A stretch of DNA of 64,000 nucleotides, from assembly GCA_051294375.1 (NCBI GenBank), contig CM119263.1, positions 8,257,992-8,321,991 of the forward strand. Reading direction: 5' to 3'. The stretch is from Paraspadella gotoi. Its lineage: Eukaryota > Animalia > Chaetognatha. This document shows, one piece after another, positions 39,190 through 52,742 of this stretch. The translations under genes and the position numbers were made by a program. The notes under the pieces are model-generated. The model was not told the origin of the DNA. It worked only from the letters and a program-made list of their open reading frames with translations, and did no database searches. Each line of letters begins with the position of its first letter. Within the stretch, counting starts at the first letter, position 1.

Positions 39190-42100
39190 GGTGCCAGCGA
39201 CGGCGCCCTTGCCTCGACGAGTTTCAAGAAAATGTAGATCCGCTCGAAACTCGAGAGGATTTGCTTCGAAAGAACTCGAATCCAATATTTCGCCCGCACC
39301 CCATTTTTTTTCCGGGGGGCCCGGGGCCGGGGGGAAAAAAAAGGCGCCGGGCGCCCCTTTCCGAGAGGGCGCCGCGAGCGGTGGTGCCGGTGGGCGTTTA
39401 GAATCCCACGTCTCGATACGGAAGATCAGAAAATTACATATGATTGTGAAAGTTGCGTGTTGTCGGTTGTTTCTGCAACCGTCTTTGCAAGACTTTTGCC
39501 AAGCCGAGCGTTCCGTCACGGAAGCCACGCAGTACTTGACAATCCATCCTTCCTGGTCGTGGTAATCCTATACCGCAAACTTCTACCGTCGGAAGTTAAA
39601 ACTAAAGAAAACATGGCGAAGCGAATCTAGTGAGGTTTGAGGGACAGACTGTAATATAGTAATCCCAGTTTTAGTAGAAGAATATAAAACGATAGCGTTG
39701 TAGGCGAAGGATCAAACCAAAATTTGTTGATGGAGTGGAGGTTATAGGAAGCGAAGAGGAAAATACTGATTATGGATTCCATGGCTGTCGTCGTCGTCGT
39801 CGTTCGTCGTTCGTCGTCGTCGTCGAGTCCATTAAAAGCCCCTTTCTTTTTGTAGTTATGATCCATTATTCCTCCGCCGAACACGGCGAGACCGCAGTAT
39901 CGACGAAAAACCATAATGCGTTTGAGATGAATCAAGACGGTGGATGTGAAATGCTGTGATGAAAGGGGAGAGAGGTTGTTCTTAATGCTGTTGATTAAAG
40001 GGAGGAGTTGATTTTTGTGGAATATTGTGATTGAGATGGAATAATTGTATGCTATAAAGCCATTATGCATTTGGTAAAAGATAACTCAGATTGAAATGCC
40101 GAGATGAATTGAAAAAAAAAAATTCTGTGACAATGCAGGATGAATTTAATTTAATAGGAGTTTATATAAATTATTGTGATTAAATTTACTTCAATGCTGT
40201 TATAAAACGAAAGAGGACTACTGTGTTGTTAAACGTCAATCCATGATAAGCAAAATAATTTTTGTTGCATATTGTTGTGGTTCGTCCACAGTCGTGATAA
40301 AAAAATGAGTATTACACCGTCAATGCTGTGAAAACGAAAGAGGTCTATGTCAATGCCATTGATGAATCAAAACAGGTTTACTCATCTGTGATAAAACGAA
40401 AGAGGACCAACTTTCAATGCTGTTGAAAAACAAAAGGTCTACCGTCATGGCCGTTGATAAATAGAAAAAGGTCGTCTCGACTCTCGACTCTCGTGAGTGA
40501 TGCGTGGATGGGTCGTTTAAGCCCGACTATTGCTGAACAGGCCAATTTGGGGATTCTCCTGTTTTAATTCAAACCCCTTTTTTTTCTGCCATTTTTGGGG
40601 CTTCAAATCCGCGATGTCACATTTGCCCTTCTCTGTTACAGTATTCGTCGCCTGCGTTGCGATTTTGTAACAATAGGTAGACCTAATTTTTAAACGAGAA
40701 CAAGCAAAATTTTTGCAAAGCTTTCAATTTCGAGAATCCTTTTTTTTTTTTTTAATTATGGTCTTTTACTCTCTTATTTTTTTCTAATTGCCTCAAAGCG
40801 AAAAAGTCGGAGAATTTCAATAATTCATCACAGTATTTTTCTGCATATTGAAGTTTATTGACGCAGCTTTTTCAGTGGGAGGAAGAAAAATATTGTGATA
40901 GAAAAGAGAGGGAAAAAAAAAGTTAGAAGGAAGAGAGAAGAGGAAGAGGAAGAGAAAAAGATGAGAAACCAAGATCGATAATGCATGGACAATAAACTTA
41001 AAATATTGTGAGTTTAAATATTTTATAGTTTTCTTATTTTGGTAAAAAGATTCAAATTACCCTGTTTAATTTATAACCGTTTGACCCAGAGGATAGCCAA
41101 CTAGACTGACCCATTAAACCGACTGACCGACCATACAGAGGTTAGATTAAAAGGCGTAAAGATTAACGGATAGAAAATGCAAAAAAAATAGAACCTATTA
41201 TCTCATAGTCATTTAACGATGCACATGTTGCGCCAGGTGAGAATATGAAAGACATATTGCGTGCGAGGCTGTGAGGTAAGCGTTGCGAAACCTAATGGGA
41301 GAAGAAAGATCGATTCTCTTTATGGCGCGGGATGTGAAAGCTGTGAGTAGAAAAGATCTATTCACATAAGCAGTAAAACGAGGCGGGACGCGACGGCTTG
41401 CTACGGGGCGAAAAATAATGGTTTTCGCCATCACGCGTCGGTATTACGTCTCATTTTATATTTTGTCACAGAATTAAAATGGGCGACGAAAAAACCACTC
41501 AGATGCCCAGGGGCATGCTGATCTCTCTTCTGGAGGACGATAATGAAAACGATTCCTTTGGGATATAATTTACCATTTCCATCACAATGAGAGAGGAATG
41601 GCGAAAAGAAAAAGAGGAGGAAAGAGTAAGGAAAAAAATGGGGAGGNNNNNNNNNNNNNNNNNNNNNNNNNNNNNNNNNNNNNNNNNNNNNNNNNNNNNN
41701 NNNNNNNNNNNNNNNNNNNNNNNNNNNNNNNNNNNNNNNNNNNNNNNNNNNNNNNNNNNNNNNNNNNNNNNNNNNNNNNNNNNNNNNNNNNNNNNNNNNN
41801 NNNNNNNNNNNNNNNNNNNNNNNNNNNNNNNNNNNNNNNNNNNNNNNNNNNNNNNNNNNNNNNNNNNNNNNNNNNNNNNNNNNNNNNNNNAAAAGAAAAA
41901 AGGAATCCTCGTCTGACCGATGATCTCGAACCATCGCCAGGAAATGAAAAACAAAAAAAAAATATAAGGAAAAAAAAGGAAGAATAATAAATAGTGAATT
42001 CATCCTTCTTTATTTTTTTGGCTGTGAGCCTCGGGAGTAAACGGAAAAAATTTGGAGGCAGACAGTGGCCGCCACGGCAAAAGCCGGCGCTGTGTACATC

Positions 42101-43044
42101 GGGGGACAGAAAGAGATAGCGGGAAAGGATCGAGAGGGAGAGAGAGGGAGGGTGGGAGGGAGAGAGAGAGAGGGAGGGTGGGTGGGAGAGAGAGAGAGAG
42201 AGAGATATATATATATATTTTTTTGATTGATTTGATTTATTAAGCTCAAAATGTTAAAATTTAACACAGTAACAATGCAATTGTTAATGATCTGTACATA
42301 TATATGTATGTACACATTTTAAAGAAATGTAACAATAAATTAACCAGAGAGAGATAGAGAGCGGAGATGAGAGAGCAGAGATGAGATGAAGAGAGGAGAG
42401 AGAGAGGAGACTGAGAGAGAGAGAGAGAGTGAGAGAGGAGAGAGAGAGAGGTGCCAGCGACGGCGCCCTTGCCTCGACGAGTTTTCAAAGAAAATGTAGA
42501 TCCGCTCGAAACTCGAGAGGATTTTGCTTCGAAAGACTCGAATCCAATATTCGGCCGCATCGGGCGGCGAAGCGGCTCCGAGAGGCGCCGGAGCGGCCGT
42601 GGCTGGTGGCGGATGGCGGCGGATGGCGGCCCGGTGTGGCGGTGGGCGTTAGAATCCCACGTCTCGAATACGGAAGATCAGAAAATTGAAAATATGATGT
42701 GAAATTTGGGTTGTCGGTTGTTTCTGCCAACCCGTCTTTGAAGACTTCTTGCCAAGCCGAGCGTTCCGTCACGGAGCCACGCAGTACTTGACAATCCATC
42801 ATTCCTGGTCAGTGGTAATCCTATACCGCAAACTCTACCGTCGGAATTAAAACTAAAGAAAGACATGGCGAAGCGAATCTAAGTGAGGTTTTGAAGGGGA
42901 CAGACTGTAAATATAGTAATCCCATGTTTTAGTAGAAGAATATAAAAGATAGCGTTGTAGGCGAAGGATTCAAACCAAAAATTGTGATGGAGTGGAGGTT
43001 ATAGGGAAGCGAAGAGGAAAATACTTGATATGGATTCCATGGCT

Positions 43045-43082
<38 letters not shown>

Positions 43083-44742
43083 GTCCATAAAAGCCCCTTT
43101 CTTTTTGTAGTTATGATCCATTATTCCTCCGCCGAAACGGGCGAGACCGCAGTTACGACGAAAACCATAATGCGTTTTGAGATGAATCAAGACGGGTGGA
43201 GTGAATGCTGTGATGAATAGGGGGAGAGGTTGTTCTTAATGCTGTGATTAAGGGGGAAGTGATTTTTGTGAATATTGTGATTGAGATGGAAGATGTATGT
43301 ATAAATGCCATTATGATTTGGTAAAAGATAACCAGATTGAAATGCCGAGATGAATTGAAAAAAAAAAATCTGTGACAATGCAGTGATGAATTTAATTTAA
43401 TAAGATTTATATAAATTATGTGATAAATTTACTTCAATGCTGTTATAAAACGAAAGAGGACTACGTGTGTTAAAACGTCAATGCCATGATAAAGCAAAAT
43501 AATTTTTGTTGCATATTGTTGTTGTTCGTCCACAGTCGTGATAAAACAAATGAGGTTTACGTCAATGCTGTGAAAACGAAAGAGGTCTATGTCAATGCCA
43601 TGATGAATCAAAACAGGTTTACGTCAATGCTGTGATAAAACGAAAGAGGACCACGTCAATGCTGTGAAAACAAAAGAGGTCTACGTCAATGCCGTGATAA
43701 ATAGAAAAAGGTCGTCTCGACTCTCGACTCTCGTGAGTGATGACGTGGATGGGTCGTTTAAGCCGCGACTAATTGCTGACAGCCATTTGGGGATTCTCCG
43801 GTTTTAATTCAAACCCCTTTTTTTTCTGCCATTTTTGGCTTCAAATCCGCGATGTCACATTGGCCCTTCTCTTTCAGTATTTCGTCGCCTGCGTTGCGAT
43901 GTAACAATAGGTAGACTAATTTTAAACGAGACAAGCAAAATTTTTTGCAAGCTTTCAATTTTCGAGAATCCTTTTTTTTTTTTTTTAATTATGGTTCTTT
44001 ACTCTCTTTTTTTTTCTAATTTGCCTCAAAGGCGAAAAAAGTGCGGAGAATTTCAATAAATCATCACGTATTTTTCTGCATATTGAGTTTTTATTGACGC
44101 AGCTATTTTCAGTGGGAGGAAGAAAAATATTGTGATAGAAAAGAGAGGAAAAAAAAGTTAGAAGGAGAGAGAAGAGGAAGAGGAAGAGAAAAAGATGAGA
44201 ACAAGAGTCGATAATGATGACAATAAACTTAAAATATTGTGAGTTAAATATTTATAGTTTTTCTTATTTTGGTAAAGATTCAAATTACCCTTGTTTAATT
44301 TATAACCGTTTGACCCAGAGGATAGCCCAATAGACTGACCCATTAACCGACTGACCGACCATACAGAGGTTAGATTAAAAGACGTAAAGATTAACGGATA
44401 GAAAATGCAAAAAAAATAGAACCTATTATCTCATAGTCATTTAACGATGCACATGTTGCGCCAGGTGAGAATATGAAAGACATATTGGTGCGAGGCTGTG
44501 AGGGTAAGCGTTGCGAAACCTAATGGGAGAAGAAAGATCGATTCTCTTTATGGCGCGGGATGTGAAAGCTGTGAGTAGAAAAGATCTATTCACATAAGAG
44601 TAAACGAGGCGGGGGACGCGACGGCTTGCTACGGGGCGAAAAAAATGGTTTCGCATCACGGTCGGTATTACGTCTCATTTTTATTTTGTCACAGAATTAA
44701 AATGGGGCGACGAAAAAACACTCAGATGCCCAGGGCATGCTG
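38283..44742. repeat. Direct tandem duplication of ~3.2 kb (38283-41520 and 41533-44742)
   Basis: Both copies start gaggacgataatgaaaacgattc and end ctcagatgcccaggg(g)catgctg. They are collinear throughout, with paired near-identical ORFs (38748/42010, 41213/44441). Confidence 0.97.
43430..43700. repeat. Degenerate ~30-32-bp tandem repeat (cgtcaatgctgtgataaaacgaaagagg); second copy at ~40185-40460
   Basis: tcaatgc and aaaacgaaagagg recur about 7-8 times in each copy of the 3.2-kb duplication. Confidence 0.85.
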
Positions 44743-45120
44743 CAATGTAGAAAATAGAGCATTCCATTTGTTCAGATCGGAATATATACAATTGAAATAT
44801 ACGACTATATACAATACTTTTAAAAATTTTATACTTTCATTGTTTCTTCTAGAACAATGTACTAATATGGCGTAATATCATGAATTTTGACTACATTTAC
44901 GTAACGATGAATCCCATGGAACGTTGAATTTATATAAGGTATTTTGTTTAAAAAAAAATAATGGTGAAAAGGATGAATTTACGTAACTCGATTCAATGCA
45001 AAGAGTTGGACTGATTTGCTTGGGGGTGGAGCTCAGCCCGAGCGACTTTTGCCAAATGAGAGAAGGTCAGAAGCGCGATAAAAAATTGTAAAGAATGGGA
45101 GGAATTAGCCGAGCGCAGTT

Positions 45121-45151
<31 letters not shown>

Positions 45152-45163
45152 AGACACAGAGAG

Positions 45164-45220
<57 letters not shown>

Positions 45221-46289
45221 GGAAAATGGGCAAAAGGCAGGGAATGAGAGACAGAGGGACGACGTTATGACTCGCGAGTATCAGGGTAACAATGGAGTAT
45301 CTAAGAAAAAAAATTTAAGTGAAAAGAAAAGAAAACTAAAGAAAAATAAAGTGAAGAAGGCAGAACAAGGACTCAGCGTGGGCGAGAGAGAGTAAAGTGA
45401 AAAATCCTTAGAATGAGATGGAAAAAAAAAAGATGCGACGAAGACGAATTTAGCGGAAGAAGAGCCATCTAGCGGACCGAAGAAAAAAACTAAGGGAGGA
45501 CAAAAGAGCAAGATGGAAGGTTAGCAATCAGCACCGCAGAGAAAGAGTAAGAAAAAAAAATGGAAGGGTTTATATCGAATAACCCAGAGAACTGGGTATT
45601 TCGGGAAGGGCGGGGAAGAATCAGCGGACGAGGGAATGGGAAGAGAGACACTAACTCTCTCTCTCTCTCTCTGCATTCTTCTTCTCTCTCTCTCTCTTTC
45701 ATTCTCTGCGCTTCTCGTTCCCGGAATCTTCTAAGTTATCTTCCCATTAAACATTGTTTAGATTCCTCCGAATGGATTAATATTCAGGAGGAGAGGGAGG
45801 AGAGAGGAGAAGCCTCTGTCGGCGAAGGCGACGAAGGCTGACCGGAACGACAACGGACGGTCGGGGATGTCGACGAAGGGCGACGCGGCGACAGGAGGGC
45901 AGGCGGAGACGAGAGAGAATGATGACGGAGAAGAGAAGAGGGAGAGAGAGGGAGAGANNNNNNNNNNNNNNNNNNNNNNNNNAGAGAGAGAGAGAGAGAG
46001 AGAGAGAGACGTAGAGTGAGAGAGAGAAATTGATGGAAATAAAGAGAAAGTATGATAATATATTATAATATAAAATAAAAAAAGTCTCGTTATGATGTAA
46101 TTTTTCTTTATTTTTGAGGAATTTATGCGAGGGAAAATATCTTTTGTTTTGAAAGAAAGAGAAAAGTTTGAAGAAACTCAGAAAAAATGGCAAGAAAACT
46201 GAGGAGAGAAAAAAAAAACCTCCTCTAGGACTGGCCAGGAGATATCAGGTGCAAAGAGGAACAAATAAAGAGGAATAGAAATAATTTTA

Positions 46290-49200
46290 ATTTACACGGC
46301 GGCTAGTAACGAAAACACAAGGTGAGGAAGAAAGAATACGAAGGAAAGAGAAGAGAAGATGAGAAGAAAAGAGGAAAAAATGAGATAGCTTGTTATTGGA
46401 ATGGACACAGGGAGATAAAAAAATATGGAGAAGGACGTCTGCTCTCGTCCTCAAGTCCAGATGAGGAATTCGTACATCGTTAAACCATTAGATTGTTGTT
46501 CTCGCCTGTTGTGTGCCCCGCCTAATAGTGGGAAGGCGGTGTAGAGGAAGATAGTGGTGGAATAGAGTGAGAGAGGTACGCTACGTTGGATTGTTTTGTT
46601 TTGTTGTTCTTCCGTTTGATTATATTGCTTAGGAGAGGAGAGAAGCAGTGGATCGAGAAATTGAAGACACAGTTTAAGTGAGAGATGAGATAGAATTGTT
46701 AGCTAGCGGGGGGAGCGTGGGAGGTAAGGAGGTGGAGTAGTTGTGAGAGGACGTAAGCGCGACCTGAAAGGCGATTGAGAAGACTGATCTGGATCATAGT
46801 GTCTTGTAGTAGTATCTAATCTGTAATATCACCTGGAAGTAAATTGCACAGAGTGTCGGAAGAGAGTATTGATGCAAAGAGTCGTGGTTGCCATGCGATG
46901 GCAGAGACCAGCGGAATACCAAACAGTGTTTGGTAGAGAACAAAAACGGTGTGGAAGTGGAAGGTGAGAGACGCGGGGGGGACACAAATAAAGGCGAGCA
47001 GACACAGTTTAAAGAGAAAAATAAGGACAGGTGACGAGACGGCGTAGCGTTAGGCAGGTGCGCGGCGCGAAGAGATGAGATAGTCATCCATAGAAATGAA
47101 GAAGTAAAAAAAGACACCGGAAAGAGTTAAGTGAAAGCGAAATGTTTTCGTAGGTCTAGACCACCCGACGGAATGTCACGAGTAGTAATATAGAACAAAT
47201 AGATAAGATGAAGCACGCGAGAAGTATTATGGGAACCAAGCAGATCCACGAGAGTCGTTTCTCTCTTTTTTTGTTTCTATTTCACTGTTCATTTGGTTTT
47301 GAAAGAATAATTGGACAAGGGTAAAAGAGCAGGGTCGAGGCTCAGAGCTGTCGCTTGAAGAAGATCAGGAATGAGGAAGTGACTTATTTTCATAGGTAGT
47401 TATAATTATGTACGCGGTTGCAAGCAGGCAAGCATGTACAGCCAGCTGAGTAATGGCCGCCGCCGCCGTTCTCTTTCTCATTTCACCTTGGAGGTGAGAG
47501 ACTGTTCAAAATTCCAGTGACCGCTAATGACGCGAATCGAATCTTAATCTCGCATTTTATAAAAAAATCTATTCTCCAGAACACCCCCCCCCACAGTCCT
47601 TTTGTGAAACTCACTTGGGCGATGATGAAAAACCTTCTGTCGTTCATTTTCCTTTCTCTGTTTTGAACGTTTTAACATAGTTGTTTTCATTCTTTGTATA
47701 TTCTTCTTTTTTTTTCTTCTTTTTCCTTCTTTTTCTTTCTTTGTCTTCTTATTTCTTTTCTTCTTCCTTCTGAGTATTTGGCTTCGTCTTCTTTCCCTTT
47801 TTCCTTTTACTGCATCGTTGTTCCATCTTTTGTGTTTTGGTTCGAGTGCAGGTCAAATAACGTCGACCAAATAGGGGAGGACGCGTTAGTTCTTTTAAAT
47901 CAGATTTCGCCCTCGTCTCTCTCTCTCGACTCTTGTCTCTATCTCGTTTCACTCTCTCATCTGTTCTTATCTTTTTATTTTTTTTGTTCTGCTCTCTCTC
48001 TCGCATCTCTCGTCTCTCGTCATTTTCTCCTTATCCCTTGTCGAATCGTGCCGGTAGATTAAGTCCTTTCTCTCGCATCTCTCTCATCTCTGCATCTCTT
48101 CTCATTCGTCTCTCTCATCTCGTCTCTCTCTCTCCTTCAGACTCTCTCGATCGTCTCTCTCTTCTCGCTAGTATCCCCCCCTGACCCCCCTCTCTCGTCC
48201 TAGCTTTTGGCCGAGATCCAGACGCCATTAATGCTTTTNNNNNNNNNNNNNNNNNNNNNNNNNAGAGAGAGAGAGAACAAAAAAAATAAAGATAAAGAAA
48301 GAGAGAGAGTGAAAGAGATAGAGAAAGAGTGAGAGAGAGAGACGAGGGCGAAATCTGATTAAAAGAACTAACGGTCTCACCTATTTGGTCGACGTTATTT
48401 GACCCTGACTCGAACCAAAACACAAAAGATGGAACAAACGAATGAGAAAAGGGAAAAAGGGAAAGAAGACGAAGCCAAATACTCAGAAGAAGAAGAAAAA
48501 GAATAAGAAGAAAAAGAAAGAAAAAGAAGGAAAAAGAAGAAAAAAAAAGAAGAAAAATATAAAGAATGAAAAATATGTTAAAACGTTCAAAACAGAGGAA
48601 AAGGAAAATGAACGACAAGGTTTTTCATCATCGCCCAAAGTGAGTTTCACAAAAGGATGTGGGGGGGGGGGTTCTGGGAGAATAGATTTTTTTTATAAAA
48701 TGGAGATTAAGATTCGATCGCGTCATTAGCGGTCACTTGGACATTTGAACAGTCTCTCACCTCCAAGGTGAAATGAGAAAGAGAACGGCGGCGGCGGCAT
48801 TTCGTTGTAAATGATTGCTGTTGCAACCGGTACATAATTATAATACCTAATGAAAAATAAGTCACTTCCTCAGTTCCTGACTTCCTCAAGCCGACAAGTC
48901 TGAGCTCGACCCGCTCTTTTACCCTTGTCCAAATTTTTCTTTCCAAAACAAATGAAAAGTGAAATAGAAAAAAAAAAGAAGAAAATCGATTTTTTTCCCC
49001 CAACTTCTCTCATTTTTTTTATATGTATCGGAACTTTTTTTTTTAATCTTTCGGTGTTTTTTTTTTTTTTTTGAGCTTTTTTGTCCTATTTTTTTTTTAA
49101 ATGTTCGCTCGCCTTTTTTGTGTATACTTTCGTTTTTGCTTTCTAAAAAAACCTTATTCCGTGCTTGAAGATGGAAAATTTAAATGAATTTGATTTTTAT

Positions 49201-49630
49201 GAAATAAATTAAAAACAGAAAACGTTAGACAGTTTCACTTTCAGTCGCTTCGCCAAAACTATCATGCATCCAGCATAAGTAACAATTTTATTTATTTGAT
49301 AAATGTGTTTTCAATTTCGATTCCATTTTTCTTCCAAGAATAATAATAAACGGAAAAAAAAAAACAAATCAACGTACGTACTTCTAATTATAATACTCTT
49401 TTATAACGAATTCCATCATTAGGGGGAAAAGGGAGAAAAAATTTAATGGTTTCTTAACGAGAGAATTCTCAATTGGACTGAGGCGAGAGAGAGAGTCCTT
49501 CATATTTTTTTATTCCCTGTGTCCCATTCATTAAAAGGCCTCATTATTTTTTCCCCTCTTTTTTCTCATCTTTTTTTCTCTTTCCTTTCGTATTTTTTTT
49601 TATTGTGTTTTGTTATAGCGCGTTAAAATC
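46290..49630. repeat. Fold-back inverted duplication 4: arms ~46290-48001 and 48264-49630
   Basis: cgccgccgttctctttctcatttcaccttggaggtgagagactgttcaaa (47461) is mirrored at ~48744-48793. Distal noisy anchors such as ggacacaggga..aaaaaatatg (46403) match catattttttt.attccctgtgtcc (49501). Confidence 0.93.
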
Positions 49631-49769
49631 CTGTGATGAGAATAAAAAATTTGAATTAAAAAAAAATTATTCTTCTATTTTAATATTTTTTTTAATCCGT
49701 TTTGATTTTTTCTATAAAAAAAAATCGGTTGATCTGGAAAAGAAAAAAGAAACCGATTCCAGCGCCATT

Positions 49770-49945
49770 TGCCGTCGGGTGCCGACAGGTGACGTTGGTA
49801 GCCGACAGGTGACGTCGGTTGCCGGGAGGTGGCGCCGGGTGGCATTGGATTCGGACAGGAGCGGTCGGGTGCCATTGGGCGCTGTCGGGTACCGACAGGT
49901 GCTGTCTTCTCTCCGTCGGATGCCGACAGGTGCTGACAGGTGCAC
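49770..49945 (+). repeat. GC-rich ~10-bp periodic repeat containing five GACAGGTG motifs
   Basis: gacaggtg near 49784, 49804, 49894, 49925 and 49935, interleaved with gtcgg(g/a/t)t units. Confidence 0.75.
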
Positions 49946-50509
49946 TCCGATGCCGCCGATTCCTCGGTTCCTTCAAAAAAAATTCTATATCGAAAATTCG
50001 AATTTCGAAAAAAAAATTTCATGAAGGAAAAAGGAAGCCGATGGATTGCGGTCGGTGGCTGGCAGATGGCAGTTGGTGGGTGGAAAATGGTGGAAAGCTG
50101 ATAGAAATTCGAACAAGGCGAGTGGTAAAGTTAAATTAATCGCTGTCAGCCGGAGAATAATTTCTTAAACCTGGACACTGGGAGACATTGACTTTCATTA
50201 GATTAAAAATGGCAACACTGACAAGCACGGCGATAGATAACATTCAATTATATCAAAAAAAGTTTATTTTAAAGTGTTGGCTAGATTGGAATTGGCATAT
50301 GGAAAAGATTATTGCAGGTGTTGAGTTCGCAGGCAGTTGTTAATGGATACTTAATTAGCTAAAACCGTTGGTAGTTGGCGATTACTATATAGACGATGAT
50401 CCATTGTTTCAAATTTCAATACTACAAGTTAGAATCGAGTTTCCCGAATTGTCCTATTGTTGTCCCTTTGCCTTTTGACTCCACTTTTTCTTCTTGTCCG
50501 GAATGAAGG

Positions 50510-50521
50510 GGTCACGTGACC
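50510..50521. promoter_or_regulatory. Perfect 12-bp palindrome GGTCACGTGACC (CLEAR/USF-type E-box)
   Basis: Exact match to the MiT/TFE and USF preferred site GTCACGTGAC. Confidence 0.4.
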
Positions 50522-52173
50522 GAAGAGGTCAAGAAGTGATCGCGCCGGATAAAAGGGTGAGGTGAAGGAATGAAGCTGAAAAGGGGAGAGGGTAAGGCTT
50601 AGGCCTGCTGCCAGATCGAAGGTTCTGGACTACATGAACATGCTGTCTCGCTGTCGCCACCAGGTGACACCGCTGCCGGTGTGGCGCCCTGTAAAGGCAG
50701 CCTCTTCGATATAATTATTATTATTATTATTATTTAATACTCATATTATAGGCTGTAATCTCGAAAAGAAACAAGAACCAAGTTGTAATGTTGTCGTTGT
50801 AATATGAACAAAAGGTCATTTAAGGTTTTTCGTTTCGACTGTCGGCTGAACCGTCCCTAATTTTTTTTCTTCTAGTCTCAGGACGCTAAATCATACTGAA
50901 AACCGCTGTCGATCGCTGAAAGAGAAGATAAATCAAGCAAAAGAAAAAACAAGGCTTTAGAAAAATAAATTTAAAAAAAAATTGAATCGGAAAACCCAAA
51001 TGCGACATGAATGAAAAGGAAATTAAAAACGATGAAGAAATAAAAAAAAAAAAATTAAGAACATGTGAAGTGAAAAACTCGATACAACTAAATAGAAGAA
51101 AAAAATGTTTTAAAAAAAAAGATTATTAAAGAAAAAAATCTCTCGACGCCGAGGAAGAGAAGCGGTTTAAAAAAAAAATTGGTGGTAGGGGGGGCGGTGA
51201 GGGGGCGCGCAGGGGGGGGCGTTTGAAAGGTGTAATCAACCCAAAGTTTTTTTTTTCTTTCCTTCACTTGGAAGGATTTTTTACCTGATTTGTATCGGTT
51301 TTAGATAATGGGCGAAGGGAGGTGGGTATGGAGGAAAATGAGTGGAGAGATATGGGAGGGAGGAGAAGCGAGGTGGGTGATAACGAAAGAGGGAGGCGAG
51401 TAAATAATAAGTAATAGAAAAGAGACAAATAGAGAGAAAAAGTGGTTAATAATGGAAGAGAGAGAGTGAGAGATGGAAAAAGCAGAGCCCAGTTTCTGCG
51501 GCGGTTGGCTTCGAGGTCACGCGGCATAACGGAATCCACGTTTGCCCAAGATTTTACTGCGCGTGTGTAGGAAGTTCGCTTTTTTCGCGACCCCCCGGAT
51601 GTAACTCGTTGGACTTGTTCTTAGAATATATAACACGGATGTATTCTACCGGTTTGAGGCATGAAAACTTTTGGCGGACGCGTATAAAATTGATAGAGGA
51701 TAAATGTTAGTTTACGAAAGAGGCAGTGCAGAATGGAAATATGTAAGAAATTAGGAAAAAGAATGAAGAAAATCAAAAAATTTGGATCTTATGAAAAAAA
51801 AAGGCTCCAATAATAAAGTACGGAGAAAAGAGAGAATTAAAGAAAATTTTCGACTCTTTAGCGGTGAATATATTGTTATTTGTGAATTTCCAACCCCTCT
51901 TTTTGAATATAGAATAAAAATCACTTCTAACTGTCCCTGAAGTTCGGGATAAAATAACGAGACGCATTGAGAAACCCGATGCAAACAATCACGGAGTCGG
52001 TTATAAAACTTGGCAAACAAACCCAAATGAAACCAGCGAAAGACCGCAAATAAAAGATTTGCAAGGGAGGCCCTGATACGTAGCTCGACTGACAAATAAA
52101 GGACGAGGCTGAAAATAGAAAAGAAGTCATCGGCCGAAATCATCCGATAAGTTTTGTGTGGGTGGGAAAAGAG

Positions 52174-52276
<103 letters not shown>

Positions 52277-52679
52277 CGAACTGAGAGTTTATTACAAGGT
52301 CGATTAGGACTCGTCTCCGTTTGAAAAATTTTGGAGGACGAGAGAGAAGAAGAAGAGAGAAAAAATATTATATTTGAAATTATTAAATTTGTTATTAATG
52401 TCTATCCTTTAGTTCTAATAAAATTTTACAACGAAATTCAAAAAGCTTTAATCAAAACTAAAATCTTATCACTCTCCCCATTTATATAAAACGTATAAAT
52501 GTGATTTTTCCACCTAACAAAAACTTTTTCTCACCCTTTTGAAGAAAAAAAGAATTTCATTTTAAAACGTGAAAAAGTAAGTCAAGAGATTCGGCGCAGC
52601 TTCTCGAGTGAGTGTCTCGAGTTTTCACTGATGGTGATTTTTTTTTTCTAAAGTCGCTTCCTCCGTCGAGGAAAGTAGA

Positions 52680-52696
52680 TCAACCGTCGTCGTCAC

Positions 52697-52742
<46 letters not shown>

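Noticed and set aside
41521-41532. SMRTbell adapter remnant (ATCTCTCT...) at the duplication junction
   Set aside because: Only 8 nt match in a CT-rich genome, and adapter read-through would give an inverted rather than a direct copy.
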